A stretch of DNA of 64,000 nucleotides from Chiloscyllium plagiosum (Eukaryota). The position numbers were made by a program, and so were the translations under genes. Below the pieces are notes generated by a model. The model did no database searches. It was not told the origin of the DNA and saw nothing but the letters and a program-made list of their open reading frames with translations. Location of the stretch: positions 75,256,722-75,320,721 of the forward strand of contig NC_057711.1 in the NCBI RefSeq assembly GCF_004010195.1, in the 5' to 3' direction. Each line of letters begins with the position of its first letter. Position 1 is the stretch's first letter. Below, piece by piece: positions 50,506 to 63,415 of the stretch.

Positions 50506-51241
50506 TTTGTTTTACCTTATTCTCAATTCCACTTGTCCCCACCCCTCACACCCTTTTAACCTTAATGATACTTGCACAATCGAACATTCGGACAACCAAA
50601 CCATTGAACAATACAATGATAGTGTCATGGGTGAGTTGACTCCTGTGTGTATACAAACAGGCAACGTGAGAATTCAAAGAACTGCATGATCACATGAAAG
50701 CTTTGGAAGAGTAATAGTGAAGATATATCTTGAACCATTCACAGGTAAAACTGATTTTCAAAATTAAAAACTAGGCAACATTGACTTTGAACCATACTTG
50801 AAGAATGATGCTACATATCTCAGACCTAGGAGTCCATAGTAACTTTGTCCCAGAAGGTTGTGGGTTCAACTGTTAAAATGGTAATTTTCATATTTTAAGT
50901 GACCCAGAAAGCAAAAGTTGTAGATTCAGCTGCTATTATATTTCCTGACCAATCTCAATGAGGTCCCAGAGACTCTAAAACTAATTCACCATAACCTCTG
51001 TGGAAGTGGAAAATGGCATAAATCTTGAAATATGGATTCACTCCTGAGGAGTACTGTCTTTCAGCTGAGAGCTTAACTTGACACTTCATCTGTCTGTTCC
51101 AGGTGATGTATTTGATCCTTATGGTACCAGCTGAAGAGCAAAATTTATGCCAAGAGTCCTGGCCAATATTTTAATCATTATGCAATACCATCAAAATGGA
51201 TTAATTGATCATGTACCTCTCTACAAATGGTTTCCACACTA

Positions 51242-51565
51242 GGTGACAGCCTAGTGGTATTGTTAGACTGTTAATCTAGAGACCCAGGTAATGTTCTAAG
51301 GGCCTGCAATTGAATCCTGCCTCAGTACATGATGGAATTTTGAATTCAAAAATCTGGAATTAAGAATCTACTGATTAACAATGAATCCATTGTCATTTGT
51401 CAGAAAAACCCATTTGGTTCACTAATGTCCTTCAGGGAAGGAAACTGCCACCCTTACCTGGTCTGGCCGATAGGTGACCCAGACCCACAGCAATGTGATT
51501 GTCTCTTAATTGCCTTTAGAGCACTCTGGGATGGGCAATAAATGCTGTCCAGTGATGTTTTCATC
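51242..51565 (+). mobile_element. tRNA-derived SINE sharing its 3' tail with the old LINE family
   Basis: tRNA-like head, core tggttcactaatgtccttcagggaagg, tail gggatgggcaataaatgctg. Confidence 0.75.
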
Positions 51566-53074
51566 GCATTAATTAACACAAAATGTTGTGTACATAGCAA
51601 AGGTAATAGCACTACACGAATATTTGGCTGTACAGCACTGAGAGATCTTAAACGTATGAAAGGCATTGCAAAATGGAAGTTCTTTCCTCTGAGGATACAT
51701 CTGGCATAATGAGAACAAAACTTGATATGTAGCAGCAATGATTTAAGGCATGATCCACAAATAAGGCAGTAAAGTGGAATCCTTCATGTGACCAAGATTG
51801 TATATAGTCTCAAACTCTGTCCAATCCACTTATTTTATCTTGGCTGGTGTAGCCTTATAAGAAGTTTCAACAGCGTTTTTAAAATTTCATTTGAGTACAA
51901 GGGCTCTGGATAGATCACTGAGAACCTGGATTTTTTTAACAAGTGAATTTCTATTGAGAATCCCCCACAAATTTAATCTTGGTTTAAAAATTCTTGTTTA
52001 GTAATTAATACTTCACTACATTTATTCTCTATGGCAACATTTCGTTGCATTACACTTTTGTTTCTTTCTATCCAAAGTTCACTATTCTGGTTTTCCCATT
52101 GTTTCAGATGCTACACCTAATTTCATTTTTAATGTTGCCAGCACACCAGCTTCCCAATTGTTTTTGGGGTTTGTTCATTTTTTTTCTTCCTCATCATCCA
52201 GACCTATACTGATTTCAACCCCCACCCCACCCCCTTAATAGGAAACAATCCAGTCACTATTTCACCTGCTGCTCTTGGCATCTTAACTTAATAAAAATCA
52301 AAACTAACATGAGAATCGATTCCCCAGGACAAATCCAGTCCAGCAGCACAAGATTAAGCACAGGACTAAATCATCACTAATCTTCTTTCCATCATCCCAA
52401 TTATTAGTATCTAGTGTGACAGTGAGCAACAGCATGGACTCCATTTCCATGAAGCAAACCACAATAATAAAACGGCCCCTTCAATTCTATCTTCAAAATG
52501 TGCTAAAATTTTAACAAGACACACCAGCTAATTGTTATTTCCAGTGATACATATCTAAACAGCATAATTTTGGAGTAACTAGATTTGAAATGGCAGTTAC
52601 CCTGTAGAATAAAGTCCCTCTTCTGTTTTAAAAAAAAATTAGAGGTATGGCTTGAAGGAAACCAAGGAATATCTAACACTTAATCTTATTCGCAATTTTT
52701 GTTTGTCAGAATGACATTTTTCCATCCCATTTCCATTTTTTATTCTGTTGCTGTTTAACTTTCTTAGTTTCCATCTAAATTATCCATTGCTGTATATTAG
52801 TTCCAGGTTGCTTGTGAATGCCCAGAAATGAGAAAATCTGGATAGATGTAGTAAAGGTAGTTTGTTTTATCAACTCAAGGAGCCCTTTAGTGCATAATCT
52901 GTCATCATTGTACACAATTAGATAACATGAATTGTTGTAAAACTGTTTTTGGTGTGGAAGAATGCACTTGTGACCATTACAGTCATAAAATGTAATAACA
53001 AATGGGGGGGTCATTCAGTCTAGCATCCCTGCACTGATGTTTTAGTGAAGTTATCCAATTAGTACTTATGGATA

Positions 53075-53385
53075 GCATGATGGCTCAGTGGTTAGCACAG
53101 CTGTCTCAGTGCCAGTAAGGCTGGTTCAATCCCAGCCTTGGATGACTCTGTCTGTCTATCTGTCTGGAGTTTGCACGTTCTCCATGTCTGTGGGTTTCCT
53201 CCCTCAGTCCAAAGATGGGCAGGTTTGCCATGCTAAATTGCCCATAGTGTTCCAGCAATGTGCAAGTTAAATTAGCCATGGGAAATGTAGGGTTACAGGG
53301 ATTAGGTGGGTGGGCCTGGGTGGGATGCTCTTTGTAGGATCTGCATGGACTCGAGTGGCCTGCTCCTGTGCTCTAGGGATTCTGA
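53075..53385 (+). mobile_element. HE1-type SINE
   Basis: tggctcagtggttagcac (A box) and ggttcaatccc (B box). Confidence 0.88.
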
Positions 53386-54034
53386 AACTTCCTTTTATTG
53401 AATCTGCTTCCAATATACCTTCATTATACTCCCGGTCACAACTCATTCTGTGCATATAAAGGTCTCCTTATGTCAATCCCAGGTCTTTTGCAAAGCACCT
53501 TTTAATTCTTTGTTCTTCTTAGTAAAGTTTTCCACTCCTCTTGAGAGGCAAGGGCAAAGATGAGAAAATTGGGGAAATAAAATTGAGATTTTTTTCCACT
53601 TTTCCCCCTTAAGTTTTAAACAGAAAATTGCAAATCTCATTAATGAGCAGCAATTATCTCTATCTTTATATTTGCATTTTATTATTGTTTCATTTCTATG
53701 CAGCTTCCAAACTTCCTTCCTTTCCCCAGATAGTGTCAATTCTTGACTTGAAAGTAGCACAATTACCTTGTGGCAACAGTTCACTGCTTGTATCTCTTGG
53801 CCTTCAGACAACTGCATTTTCACCACCATTTTCCAGCATGCTTCATGGACACCATCCTCTTCCACCTCTGGCCATGCAAGTTGGCATCAACAAATGATCA
53901 GCCTTTCCATAACCTGGCTGCTTTTGCACCAACTTGCACATCGCTTCAGTCCTTCAGGATTTTTGTTTTGAGCTCAAGGACACTTATCTCTGGAATGCTT
54001 ATGCCAGGTTGCTTTGCATAAAGGAACATACATG

Positions 54035-55182
54035 CATAGAGATGTAAAGCTCAGAAACAGACCCTTCAGTCCAACTCATCCATGCTAACCAGATATCTTA
54101 ACTTAATCTCATCCTGTTTGCCAGCAATTTATCCATAATCCCTCTAAGTCCCTTCCTATTCATATCCATCCAGATGCCTTTGAAACATTGTAGTTGTACA
54201 TTCCTCCCCCACTTCCTCTGGCAGTTCATTCCATGTACGCACCACCCTCTGTCTGAAAAAGTTGCCCTTTTGAGTCCCTTTTTAAGGTGAGAGGAAAGAG
54301 ATTTTAAACCTATTCCCTCTAGTTGTGGACTTGAAGCACCAACCCTCCAACACCTCACCCCAACTCAAGGAAAACACCTTATCTGTCTATTTACCCCAAC
54401 CATGCCCATCATGATTTTATAAACCTCTATGGCCACCACTCAGCCTCCACTCCTGAGTAAAGACTGAGTCCCCCTTGTCCTCACCTAGCAATCACCAGTC
54501 TCCACATCCAATGCACCATCCTTAAACACTTCCAACTCCAACCAGACCTCACCACCAAAAATATCCTTCCCCCCCCCCTCACCCCTTTCTGCCTTCCACA
54601 AGGACCATTTCCCTTCGACAGTCCTTGGTTCGCTCCACTCTCCCCACCCCCACTGCAAATTGGAGGAACAACACCTTCCCTTCCGCCTGGGTAGCCTGCA
54701 GCCCAGAGGAGTCAACATTTGTGTTCTCCCCCAATTTCAAATAACCTCTCCTCCCCCTCCTTTCACTTCTCCCAGACACCAACTGGATTCATTCCTCACA
54801 TTGACCAGCCAGCTCATACCCTCTACCTGTCTTCACCTGCATTATCCCCCTACACTCTACCCAAGTCCTGAAGAAGTATTCAACCCAAAATGTCGACTTC
54901 TCCACCTCCTGATGCTGCCTGGTTTGTTGCGTTCTTCAAGCCTCCTGCCTGTCTACCAGAGAAAATAGTCCCAGACTACTCAGCCTCTCCCTATAGCTTA
55001 AACCCTCTAGCCCTGGCAACATTCTTAAATCTTTTCAGAACCCTTTCAAGTTTCACAATATCCTTCCTATAGCAGGGTGACTAGAATTGCATGCAATAAT
55101 CCAAAAATGGCCTGACCAATGTCCTATACAGTCGCAACATGACCTCCCAATTCTCGTACTTAATGCACTGACCAGTAAAGCC
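54035..55182 (-). mobile_element. CR1 3' fragment interrupted by a PLE
   Basis: CR1 sequence stops at about 54460 and resumes colinearly at about 54957. Confidence 0.85.
54463..54956 (+). mobile_element. Internally deleted PLE nested in CR1
   Basis: EEQHLPFRLGSLQPRGVNI (PLE GIY-YIG C-terminus) and decayed hammerhead agtcctgaagaag...aaaatgtcgact at about 54864-54898. Confidence 0.8.
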
Positions 55183-55437
55183 ATAGAATCATAGCCTGTT
55201 TCCACACTGTAGGGATTCTATTTGGCCCAACAAGTCCACACCGATCCTCCAAGTAATCAACCCAGACCTATTCTCCTACCCAATTACTCTAATTTTACCC
55301 CTGACTAATGCATGAAACCTACACATCCCTGAAATCTATGGGCAATGTAGCTTGACCAATTCACCTAACCTGCACATCCTTGGATTGTGTGAAAGGAAAC
55401 CGGAGCACCTGGAGGAAACCCATGCAGCCACGGGGAG
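55183..55437 (-). mobile_element. HE1-type SINE, 5'-truncated, with micro-inverted tail
   Basis: ccaattcacctaacctgcacatc core; 55194-55220 lies in the opposite orientation. Confidence 0.85.
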
Positions 55438-55565
55438 TCTTAGCTGACTTTCTTAGTACTCTATCATTGCTTGGAGTCTGGCAGCCTCCATAGGTTGAAT
55501 TGATTTTTAATGTAGAGCGCAATGCAGGGGTTTGTCATAATTTGAAGCATTGGACAGTCACAAGC

Positions 55566-56850
55566 ATGACATGTTGCTGTATTGCACCATACGACATCAA
55601 TTTCACATATATAGCAAGTGCCAGCGGTTTGCACAGAATGACACTGTCTGTTCTTCAACCAATTACCTTGCCTGAAAGTGAAAAAGGACGAGTCCATTAT
55701 GGGATCAATGGAACTGTAGTCAGTCAGGATGTTTATTGATGTTCAGTCAATGGGCTCATCTGATTCCAGTCAGGGCGGTTGGCCATTGTCAGCCAGCATT
55801 CTGACCCAAAATTAGTTGGGTCAGATGGTCAGAAAGCAAACATTCTATGTTTTGAGCAAAGTGGGAAGCTCAAATCTGGAGTTCATTGGTGTGGGTCACT
55901 GAAGGAATGATCATCATGAAAGAGAACAATGCAAGATAAGAGCATTTAAGTCTAATTTCAGCACGAGAGATAAGAGGAAGATGGGGTTTTCACAGGTTAC
56001 AATTACTCCGGCTGCAATATATAACAACGTGGGCACAGGCCATGGGAAATTGCAAGGGCTCAAGGGGGAAATTATGAGCATTGCATTTATCCCTTTTATA
56101 CAACATGTCTTTCATAGTTTAATACTGTTTAACTATTTGCTGATATTCCCTTTCCTTTTGCTGTTAACATATGAAGGGTGGGGCAAATCCTTGTGCGTTT
56201 TAGGCACAAGCCGCAAGTCATTCATAAGAATCTGCAGTTGAAAACCTTGACATCTTTAATCCAAAGTCAACTGTGCAAAAGCAAGACAAAATGGCTCCCA
56301 CTATGATGCATACTGGACAAGGAATTGCTGTTTTTACTCTTTCTGAGTTCGAGTAAAACTGCTTGAATTTGAGAGACATTGTTTTGGGAAATTGCATTAA
56401 TCGGGCTTACACCGATTTGATGATGCCACCTACCTCTCCTCAAATTACAGTTGATGCACAGGTCATTCTTGAAAGAATTAACACTAAAAATTATGGTCTC
56501 AGGTGATCATGAATGTTGCAAAGTTTTTGTGATTGTACGCAGTCGTTCTGAGCACAAGTCTGGATCATAACCATTGTTAATGCCTTTTTTGTCATATCTG
56601 ATAAGCAAATATCTTCAGATGCCAATGTTAAGAGCTTTAACTGGGTAAGCCTTGCCTGGATTTGCCATTTCTGAATCGCATTTCATATCTGATTCTGGAA
56701 GACAGAACTTTGGAGCTGCTACATTCGCATGCTGAGCTGTAAGTATGCAAGGACATTGTCTGTGATGTTCAGGGATGCCTTTTTTATTGGGGAAAAATGC
56801 TATGATGGTGGATTCATGCCAAAGTTTTTCTCCTACCAGTGCAGCCTGAA
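55566..56850 (+). mobile_element. Decayed DNA transposon fossil with THAP-like, SWIM-like and YqaJ-like nuclease remnants
   Basis: Ordered degenerate motifs read across frameshifts; detailed in the findings. Confidence 0.45.
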
Positions 56851-57557
56851 TACTGGTGCTGCAGCATACATCTGGATAAGATGACAATACCTTGGAGCCT
56901 CTTATTAAGGCACAACGCAAGCATCCTTGTGAAGTCTGCCACAATGTCAAGACATGTCCATTATCAAGAAACAATGCTGTGAGGGCTTAAGGGAGAGCAA
57001 TTCCAACAACAGCAACCACCAGTGGCTGCAGCACACTACCCAAAGGGAGAAACAGCAATAACGAGCCCCAAAGGAGGTGTGGGAAATGACTAGTCTCTAC
57101 TCGGTTACTTTCTACAGCTTTCAAACATTATGTAGGTACAGACTAATGTGTGATTCATCCTTGTTGAATACTCATTGGAGCAGGACATCTGCTCAGTAGG
57201 ACTGGGTGGTAATTTCAACTTGGTGGCTCAGTCAGCTTGGCTGCCTTAATGTTTTTCTGACTCATTAGCAAGTGGCTGTGGAACCTCTATCTGTCAATCC
57301 TCAACCTATAAATGCATCAGGAATGTCACTGATACAATTTTCTCCAGATTATAGCATTTCCCCCACCCCAGGCAGCCACCATCATATTTAATCACAGGTT
57401 TCAATGATGGAATGGTCTTTGAGCCATGCTGGAATGGCTGCTGGGAGACAAGGGATAATCCCTCCAAACGTGGCCTTCAGCATTATAAACACTTAACCTT
57501 AAAACTTTATAGGCAGAAAGACACCACATTGCCCTGTGGGACCATAGCACACCTTTA

Positions 57558-59071
57558 GAGCCATAGACAACATGGAAACAGACATTTGTTTGTTGGGTCC
57601 AAATCCTCCATGTTGGCCAGATATCCTAAACTAATCCAGTCCCATTTAGCCCATATCCCTCTAAACCCTTCCTACTCCTACATCCATACAGATGCCTTTT
57701 AAATTTGTAATTGTACTGGCCTCCACCACTTCCTCTGGCAGCTCATTCCATACATGCACCACCTTCTATGTGAAAAGATGGTCCCTTTTTAAATCTTTCC
57801 TCTCTCTAAAACTTATGCCCTCTAATTTTGGACTTCCCCATCCTGAGGGAAAAAAACCTCATCTATTTATCCTATCCATGCCCCTCATTATTTTATAAAC
57901 CTCTATAAGGTCACCCCTCAGCTTCCAATGCTCCAGGGAAAACAACCCCAGCCTATTCAGCCTCTCCCTGTAGCTTAAACCCTCCTACCCTGGCAATATC
58001 TTTGTAAATCTTTTCTGAACCCTTTCACATTTCACAACATCCTTCCTATAGCAGGGAGACCAGAACTGAATGCAGTGTTCCAAAGTGGCCTAACCAATGT
58101 CCTGTACAGCTGCAACATGACCTCCCAACTCCTATACTCAATGCTTTGACCAATAAGGGAAAGCATACCAAATGCCTGCTTCACTATCCTATCCATCTGA
58201 GATTCCACCTTCAAAGAACTATGAACCTGCACAACAAGGTCTGTTTTGTTCAGTAGCACTCCCCAGGACCTTACCATTTAAGTGTATAGGTCCTTCTCTG
58301 ATTTCAAAATGCAGCATCTCCACATTTACCTAAATGAAACTCCGTCTACCACCCCTCAGTCCATTGGTACCTCTGATCCTGTTGCACTCTGAGGTAATTT
58401 TCTTCTCTGTCCACCAATTTTGGTGTCATCAGCAAACTTACTAAGTTTACCTTCTCTGTTCACATCCAAATCATTTATATAATTGACAAACAGTAGTGGA
58501 TCTTGTGGCACACCCACTGGTAACAGGCCTCCAGTCTGAAAAGCAACCCTCTATCACCATTACCCTTCTACCTTCAAGCCATTTTAGTATCCAAATAGCT
58601 AGTTCTCCAGTAAGGATAGATCATGGAATACAGATCAGTCTAGCTTGAGGAACTTTGTTGAACACCTTAAAGTCCATATAGATCACGTTCACCACTCTGC
58701 TCTATCAATCCTCTTTAAGCTTTTTGAATAACAAACAAGTTAGTGAGACACTATTTCGCACGCATGAAGCCATGATGACTATCCCTAATTAGTCCCAGCC
58801 TTTTCAAATACATGTATATCCTGTACATCAGGATTCCCTCCAATTTATCCACCATCACTGTCAAGCTCACCAATCTATAGTTCTTTGGCTTATCCTAACC
58901 ACCTTTCTTAAGCAGTGGCACCACGTTAGTAAACCTCCAGACTTCCAGCACCTCGCCTGTGACTATCGATGATACAAATATCTCAGCAAGAGGTCCAGCA
59001 ATCACTTCCCTTGCTTCCCACAGAGTTCTAGGATAAACCTAATCAGGTTGCAGGGATTTATCCATCTTTAT
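57558..59071 (-). mobile_element. CR1 LINE 3' 1.5 kb
   Basis: ORF 58032..58277 QVHSSLKVESQMDRIVK...YRSWEVMLQLYRTLVRP; runs into the gap at MDKSLQPD. Confidence 0.92.
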
Positions 59072-59571
59072 NNNNNNNNNNNNNNNNNNNNNNNNNNNNN
59101 NNNNNNNNNNNNNNNNNNNNNNNNNNNNNNNNNNNNNNNNNNNNNNNNNNNNNNNNNNNNNNNNNNNNNNNNNNNNNNNNNNNNNNNNNNNNNNNNNNNN
59201 NNNNNNNNNNNNNNNNNNNNNNNNNNNNNNNNNNNNNNNNNNNNNNNNNNNNNNNNNNNNNNNNNNNNNNNNNNNNNNNNNNNNNNNNNNNNNNNNNNNN
59301 NNNNNNNNNNNNNNNNNNNNNNNNNNNNNNNNNNNNNNNNNNNNNNNNNNNNNNNNNNNNNNNNNNNNNNNNNNNNNNNNNNNNNNNNNNNNNNNNNNNN
59401 NNNNNNNNNNNNNNNNNNNNNNNNNNNNNNNNNNNNNNNNNNNNNNNNNNNNNNNNNNNNNNNNNNNNNNNNNNNNNNNNNNNNNNNNNNNNNNNNNNNN
59501 NNNNNNNNNNNNNNNNNNNNNNNNNNNNNNNNNNNNNNNNNNNNNNNNNNNNNNNNNNNNNNNNNNNNNNN
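59072..59571. other. Assembly gap (500 N)
   Basis: Run of N. Confidence 1.
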
Positions 59572-61240
59572 GAGATACTAAATGAGTATTTTGCATCAGT
59601 ATTTACTGTGGAAAAAGACATGGAAGACATCGAATGTAGGGAAATACATGGTGACATCTTGCAAAATGTCCATATACAGAGGTGGAAGTGCTGGATGTCT
59701 TGAAATGGGTAAAGATGGATAAATCCCCAGGACCTGATCAGGTGTACCCTATAACTCTGGGAAGCTAGAGAAATGTTGCTGGGCCTCTTGCTGAGATATT
59801 TGTATCATCGATAGTCACAGGTGAGGTGCCAGAAGATTGGAGATTGGCTGACGTGGTGTCACTTCTTAAGAGTGGTAAGGACAAGCCAGTGAGCCTTATG
59901 TCGGTGGTGGACAAGTTGTTGAAAGGAACCCCGAGGGCCAGGATGTACGTGTATTTGGAAAGGTAAGGACTGATGAGGGATAGTCAACATGGCTTTGTGC
60001 GTGGGAAATCATGTCTCACAAACTTGATTGAGTTTTTTGAGGAAGCAACAAAGAGGATTGATGAGGGCAGAGTGGTAGATGTGATCTATATGGACTTCAG
60101 TAAGGCATTCGACAAGGCTCCCTATGGGAGACTGATTAGCAAGGTTAGATCTCACGGAATACAGGGAGAACTAGCCATTTGGATTCAGAACTGGTTCAAA
60201 GGTAGAAGACAGAGGGTAGTGGTGGAGGGTTGATTTTCAGACTGGAGGCCTGTGACCTGTGGAGTGCCACAAGGTTCGGTGCTGGGTCCTCTACTTATTG
60301 TCAACTACATAAATTATTTGGATGCGAGCATAAGAGGTAAAGTAAGTTTGCAGATGACACCAAAATTGTAGGTGTAGTGGACAGCAAAGAGGGTTACCTC
60401 AGATTACAACACAATCTTGACCAGATGGGCCAATGGGCTGAGAAGTGGCAGATGGAGTTTAATTCAGATAAATGTGATGTGCTGCATTTTGGGAAAGCAA
60501 ATCTTAGCAGGACTTATACACTTAATGGTAAGGTCCTAGGGAGTGTTGCTGAACAGAGACCTTGGAGTGCAGGTTCATAGCTCCTTGAAAGTGGAGTCGC
60601 AGGTAGATAGGATACTGAAGAAGGTGTTTAGTATGCTTTCCTTTATTGGTCAGAGTATTGAGTACAGGAGTTGGGAGGTCATGTTGCGGCTGTACAGGAC
60701 ATTGGTTAGGCCACATGCAATTCTGGTCTCCCTCCTCTCAGAAGGATGTTGTGAAACTTGAAAGGGTTCAGAAAAGATTTGCAAGGATGTTGCCAGGGTT
60801 GGAGGATTTGAGCTATAGGGAGAGGTTGAAAGGCTGGGGCTGTTTTCCCTGGAGTGTCAAAGGTTGAGAGGTGACCGTATAGAGATTTACAAAATTGAGG
60901 GGCATGGATAGGATAAATGGACAAAGTCTTTTCCCTGGGGTTGGGGAGTCCAGAACTAGAGTGCATAGGTTTAGGTTGAAAGGGAAAGATATATAAAAGA
61001 GACCTAAGGAGCAACTTTTTCACACAGAGGGTGGTAAGTGTATGGAATGAGCTGTCAGAGGAAGTGGTGGAGGCTGGTACAATTGCAACATTTAAAAGGC
61101 ATTTGGATAGGTATATGAATAGGAAGGGTTTGGAGGGATATGGGCCAGGTGCTGGCAGATGGGACTAGATTGGGTTGGGATATCTGGTCAGCATGCACGG
61201 GTTGGACCGAAGGGTCTGTTTCCATGCGTACATCACAATA
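59572..61240 (+). mobile_element. CR1 LINE 3' 1.7 kb, relatively young, frameshifted RT
   Basis: QHGFVRGKSCLTNLIEFFE...DFSKAFDK, VPQGSVLGP, FADDTK, WQMEFNSDKC. Confidence 0.95.
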
Positions 61241-63195
61241 ACTGAATCTTGAAGTAGCCTTTTTCTTTCTTCCATCACCAGTTAGCCTTCAACATTTCAA
61301 AGTTCACAGATTGCTAAACCCCCTGAAATGTTTGAGCATCCTGTCAGACAGTTAACTTGGAAGTGGCAGCACCTAGCACCGTGGTCTGCTGAGAAATGAT
61401 GCATAATGAGAGAGAGTGAACATGTGAAGTTTCCATTGTACATTTCTCAACCTTGTCTGGCAGTGCATCCCTTTAAAAAACTGATAAAGTGAAACATTGC
61501 CTCCACAGAGGAATCACTCTTGAAGCTGCACTCATACACCTACCTTGAGTGAAGATCAGACGATTTGTGCAACACAGGCCTTGTCACTATATCTGCACTT
61601 TGCTTGTCATCTCAGTGCTGTCCCCATTAAAGTGCAATGCCCTGCAAAATTCAACAAGGTCATGGTTCAAGGATCTGTGACATCTGAGGCAAACTGCGAC
61701 CAAGGTATCAATTGCTTGTGGGAGACTAGCAATCCTTGGCCGTTACAACTTAGTTCATCCCTGGGCTGTCAAAAGCTTCTCATCTCTCTCATGGGTTGAC
61801 TTCTTCAGCTTTAACAGTGACAAAGGCTCTGGAGCAAGCTTCTTTTTTTTTAGAGTGCAAGTCAACATCTAATTGAAAGTGCAAGAAACTTGACAATATG
61901 TCGCCTATGCTACGGGACCACCCTCTCAGTAATTTGTTTACTTCCTTTTCCTTCCACTAAAGTGTACACTGACATCTGCAACTGGGGGATACAGGCCTTG
62001 CAATTGGGCCTGTTGGTCTGGAAGACTGATCTAAAGGCCTTTGAGCTTAGAGGGCCTGTCCAGCTGCTGGCTCATCCCCTTTGGTTTGGACTTCAGCAGG
62101 CTTTGGCATCACAGGCAGTGGGAAGACCTGGAAGAGCAATGCATCTTGCAATGTCCTGAAAAGAAACATCTGGAGGCCCTGTGTGTGACTCCTCCTACCT
62201 ATGGATATCGACTGATACCAGCTAGTCTACCAAATTGTTCAGTGACCCAGCCTGAGACTCACATGCTACAGCCAGCACTGAACTAATATTGCTGGAATCC
62301 TTTATCCTTCAATCCACCTTGCCAACTGCCTGAGCTGCCTCCCATTCCTGTGCACATGTTTTCATTTGGATGAAGTCAGCAGTAATGGCTGAGATGAAGG
62401 AATAGTCTTCTGCCTGGGGCTGACCAATTGCCTGGTCTCAGACAATTCTCTGCCTAAGACCAGAGGCATTTATTCCTCCAGCTCTGGGGATGTGTGAGTG
62501 AAGTGCTTATCAGATTGTTCTCCTGAGTCTAATCTGGAAAGATTTCCCCACTGAGGTGTAAATCTTTAAACTGGTGGATGGTGCAGGTCAAAGCCTTGCT
62601 GGTGCATCCCCTGGGGTTAAATGGATGACTCTTCAGAGGTGGTGGTGGAACTGAGGGTCTCCAGCACTGGCCTCCTAGAATTTTGAGTGCTGCTAGAACC
62701 TGCATGAGAAAAGAGGGAATTAGTTATGTAAAACAAGGAAACATTTCATCAAAGTTAAGAACCAGTAAGTCCTATTGGTAATGGGAGAGCAGCACAGCAT
62801 TACACAATGATGCTTACTGAGTTGATTTATCAATAGACTCTCCAATTGAGCAACCACATTTTTCTTTGTCCCCTATCACCATCAATCTGTGCCCCCTTAG
62901 CCTGGTTTTCAGACAAATGTTCCTGCAATAAGACAAAGGGAGGGATTGAGACTCCATCAATATGAATGGAAGCACCAGTAATGATCCAGGGACAGAAAGG
63001 AATTAAATGCTCCAGTGAATAAGTGGGAATTGCCAAGCAAAGGATGTGTGAGTGATTTGGGGAGAAGGAGGAGGTGAGAGATTGAGTGGACATGCGCATG
63101 CAATAATTTGTAATCCATAAGTCTGTGTGAGAGGCTTATACAGTGGCAGACATTGAGTAAATGTAAGGTTGCAAAGAGAAAATAATGATACTTAT

Positions 63196-63415
63196 CCTTG
63201 CAAAATGCAGATCATTCATCTTCCTGTACAGCTAGGCATTTCTTTTCTTTAACTGGGACGCTGCACTAACCCGGGTTACTACTTGGGTCCAGGCTGGCGG
63301 TGTTGGGGGCAAAGCTACCTTTGCTGGTCAGCAGGCCTCCACTTCACCGTCACATCCACCAGCAGCTCGAGATGCCTAGCCACCAGTGGGGAGCCACCCT
63401 CGCTTTCTGGGCCAT
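63196..63415 (-). mobile_element. Harbinger Myb/SANT-like DNA-binding gene remnant (first exon)
   Basis: MAQKARVAP...HLELLVD...AWTQVVTRVSAAS..KRNA*LYRKMNDL..AR, then a decayed donor ataagt. The element probably extends over about 61.3-64 kb. Confidence 0.7.

Noticed and set aside
55464..55697. Minus-strand ORF with superficial YqaJ C-terminal resemblance
   Set aside because: The plus strand gives a longer, correctly ordered motif series, so this is treated as coincidence.
59039..59657. ORFs of 177-199 aa
   Set aside because: Artefacts of translating the N gap.
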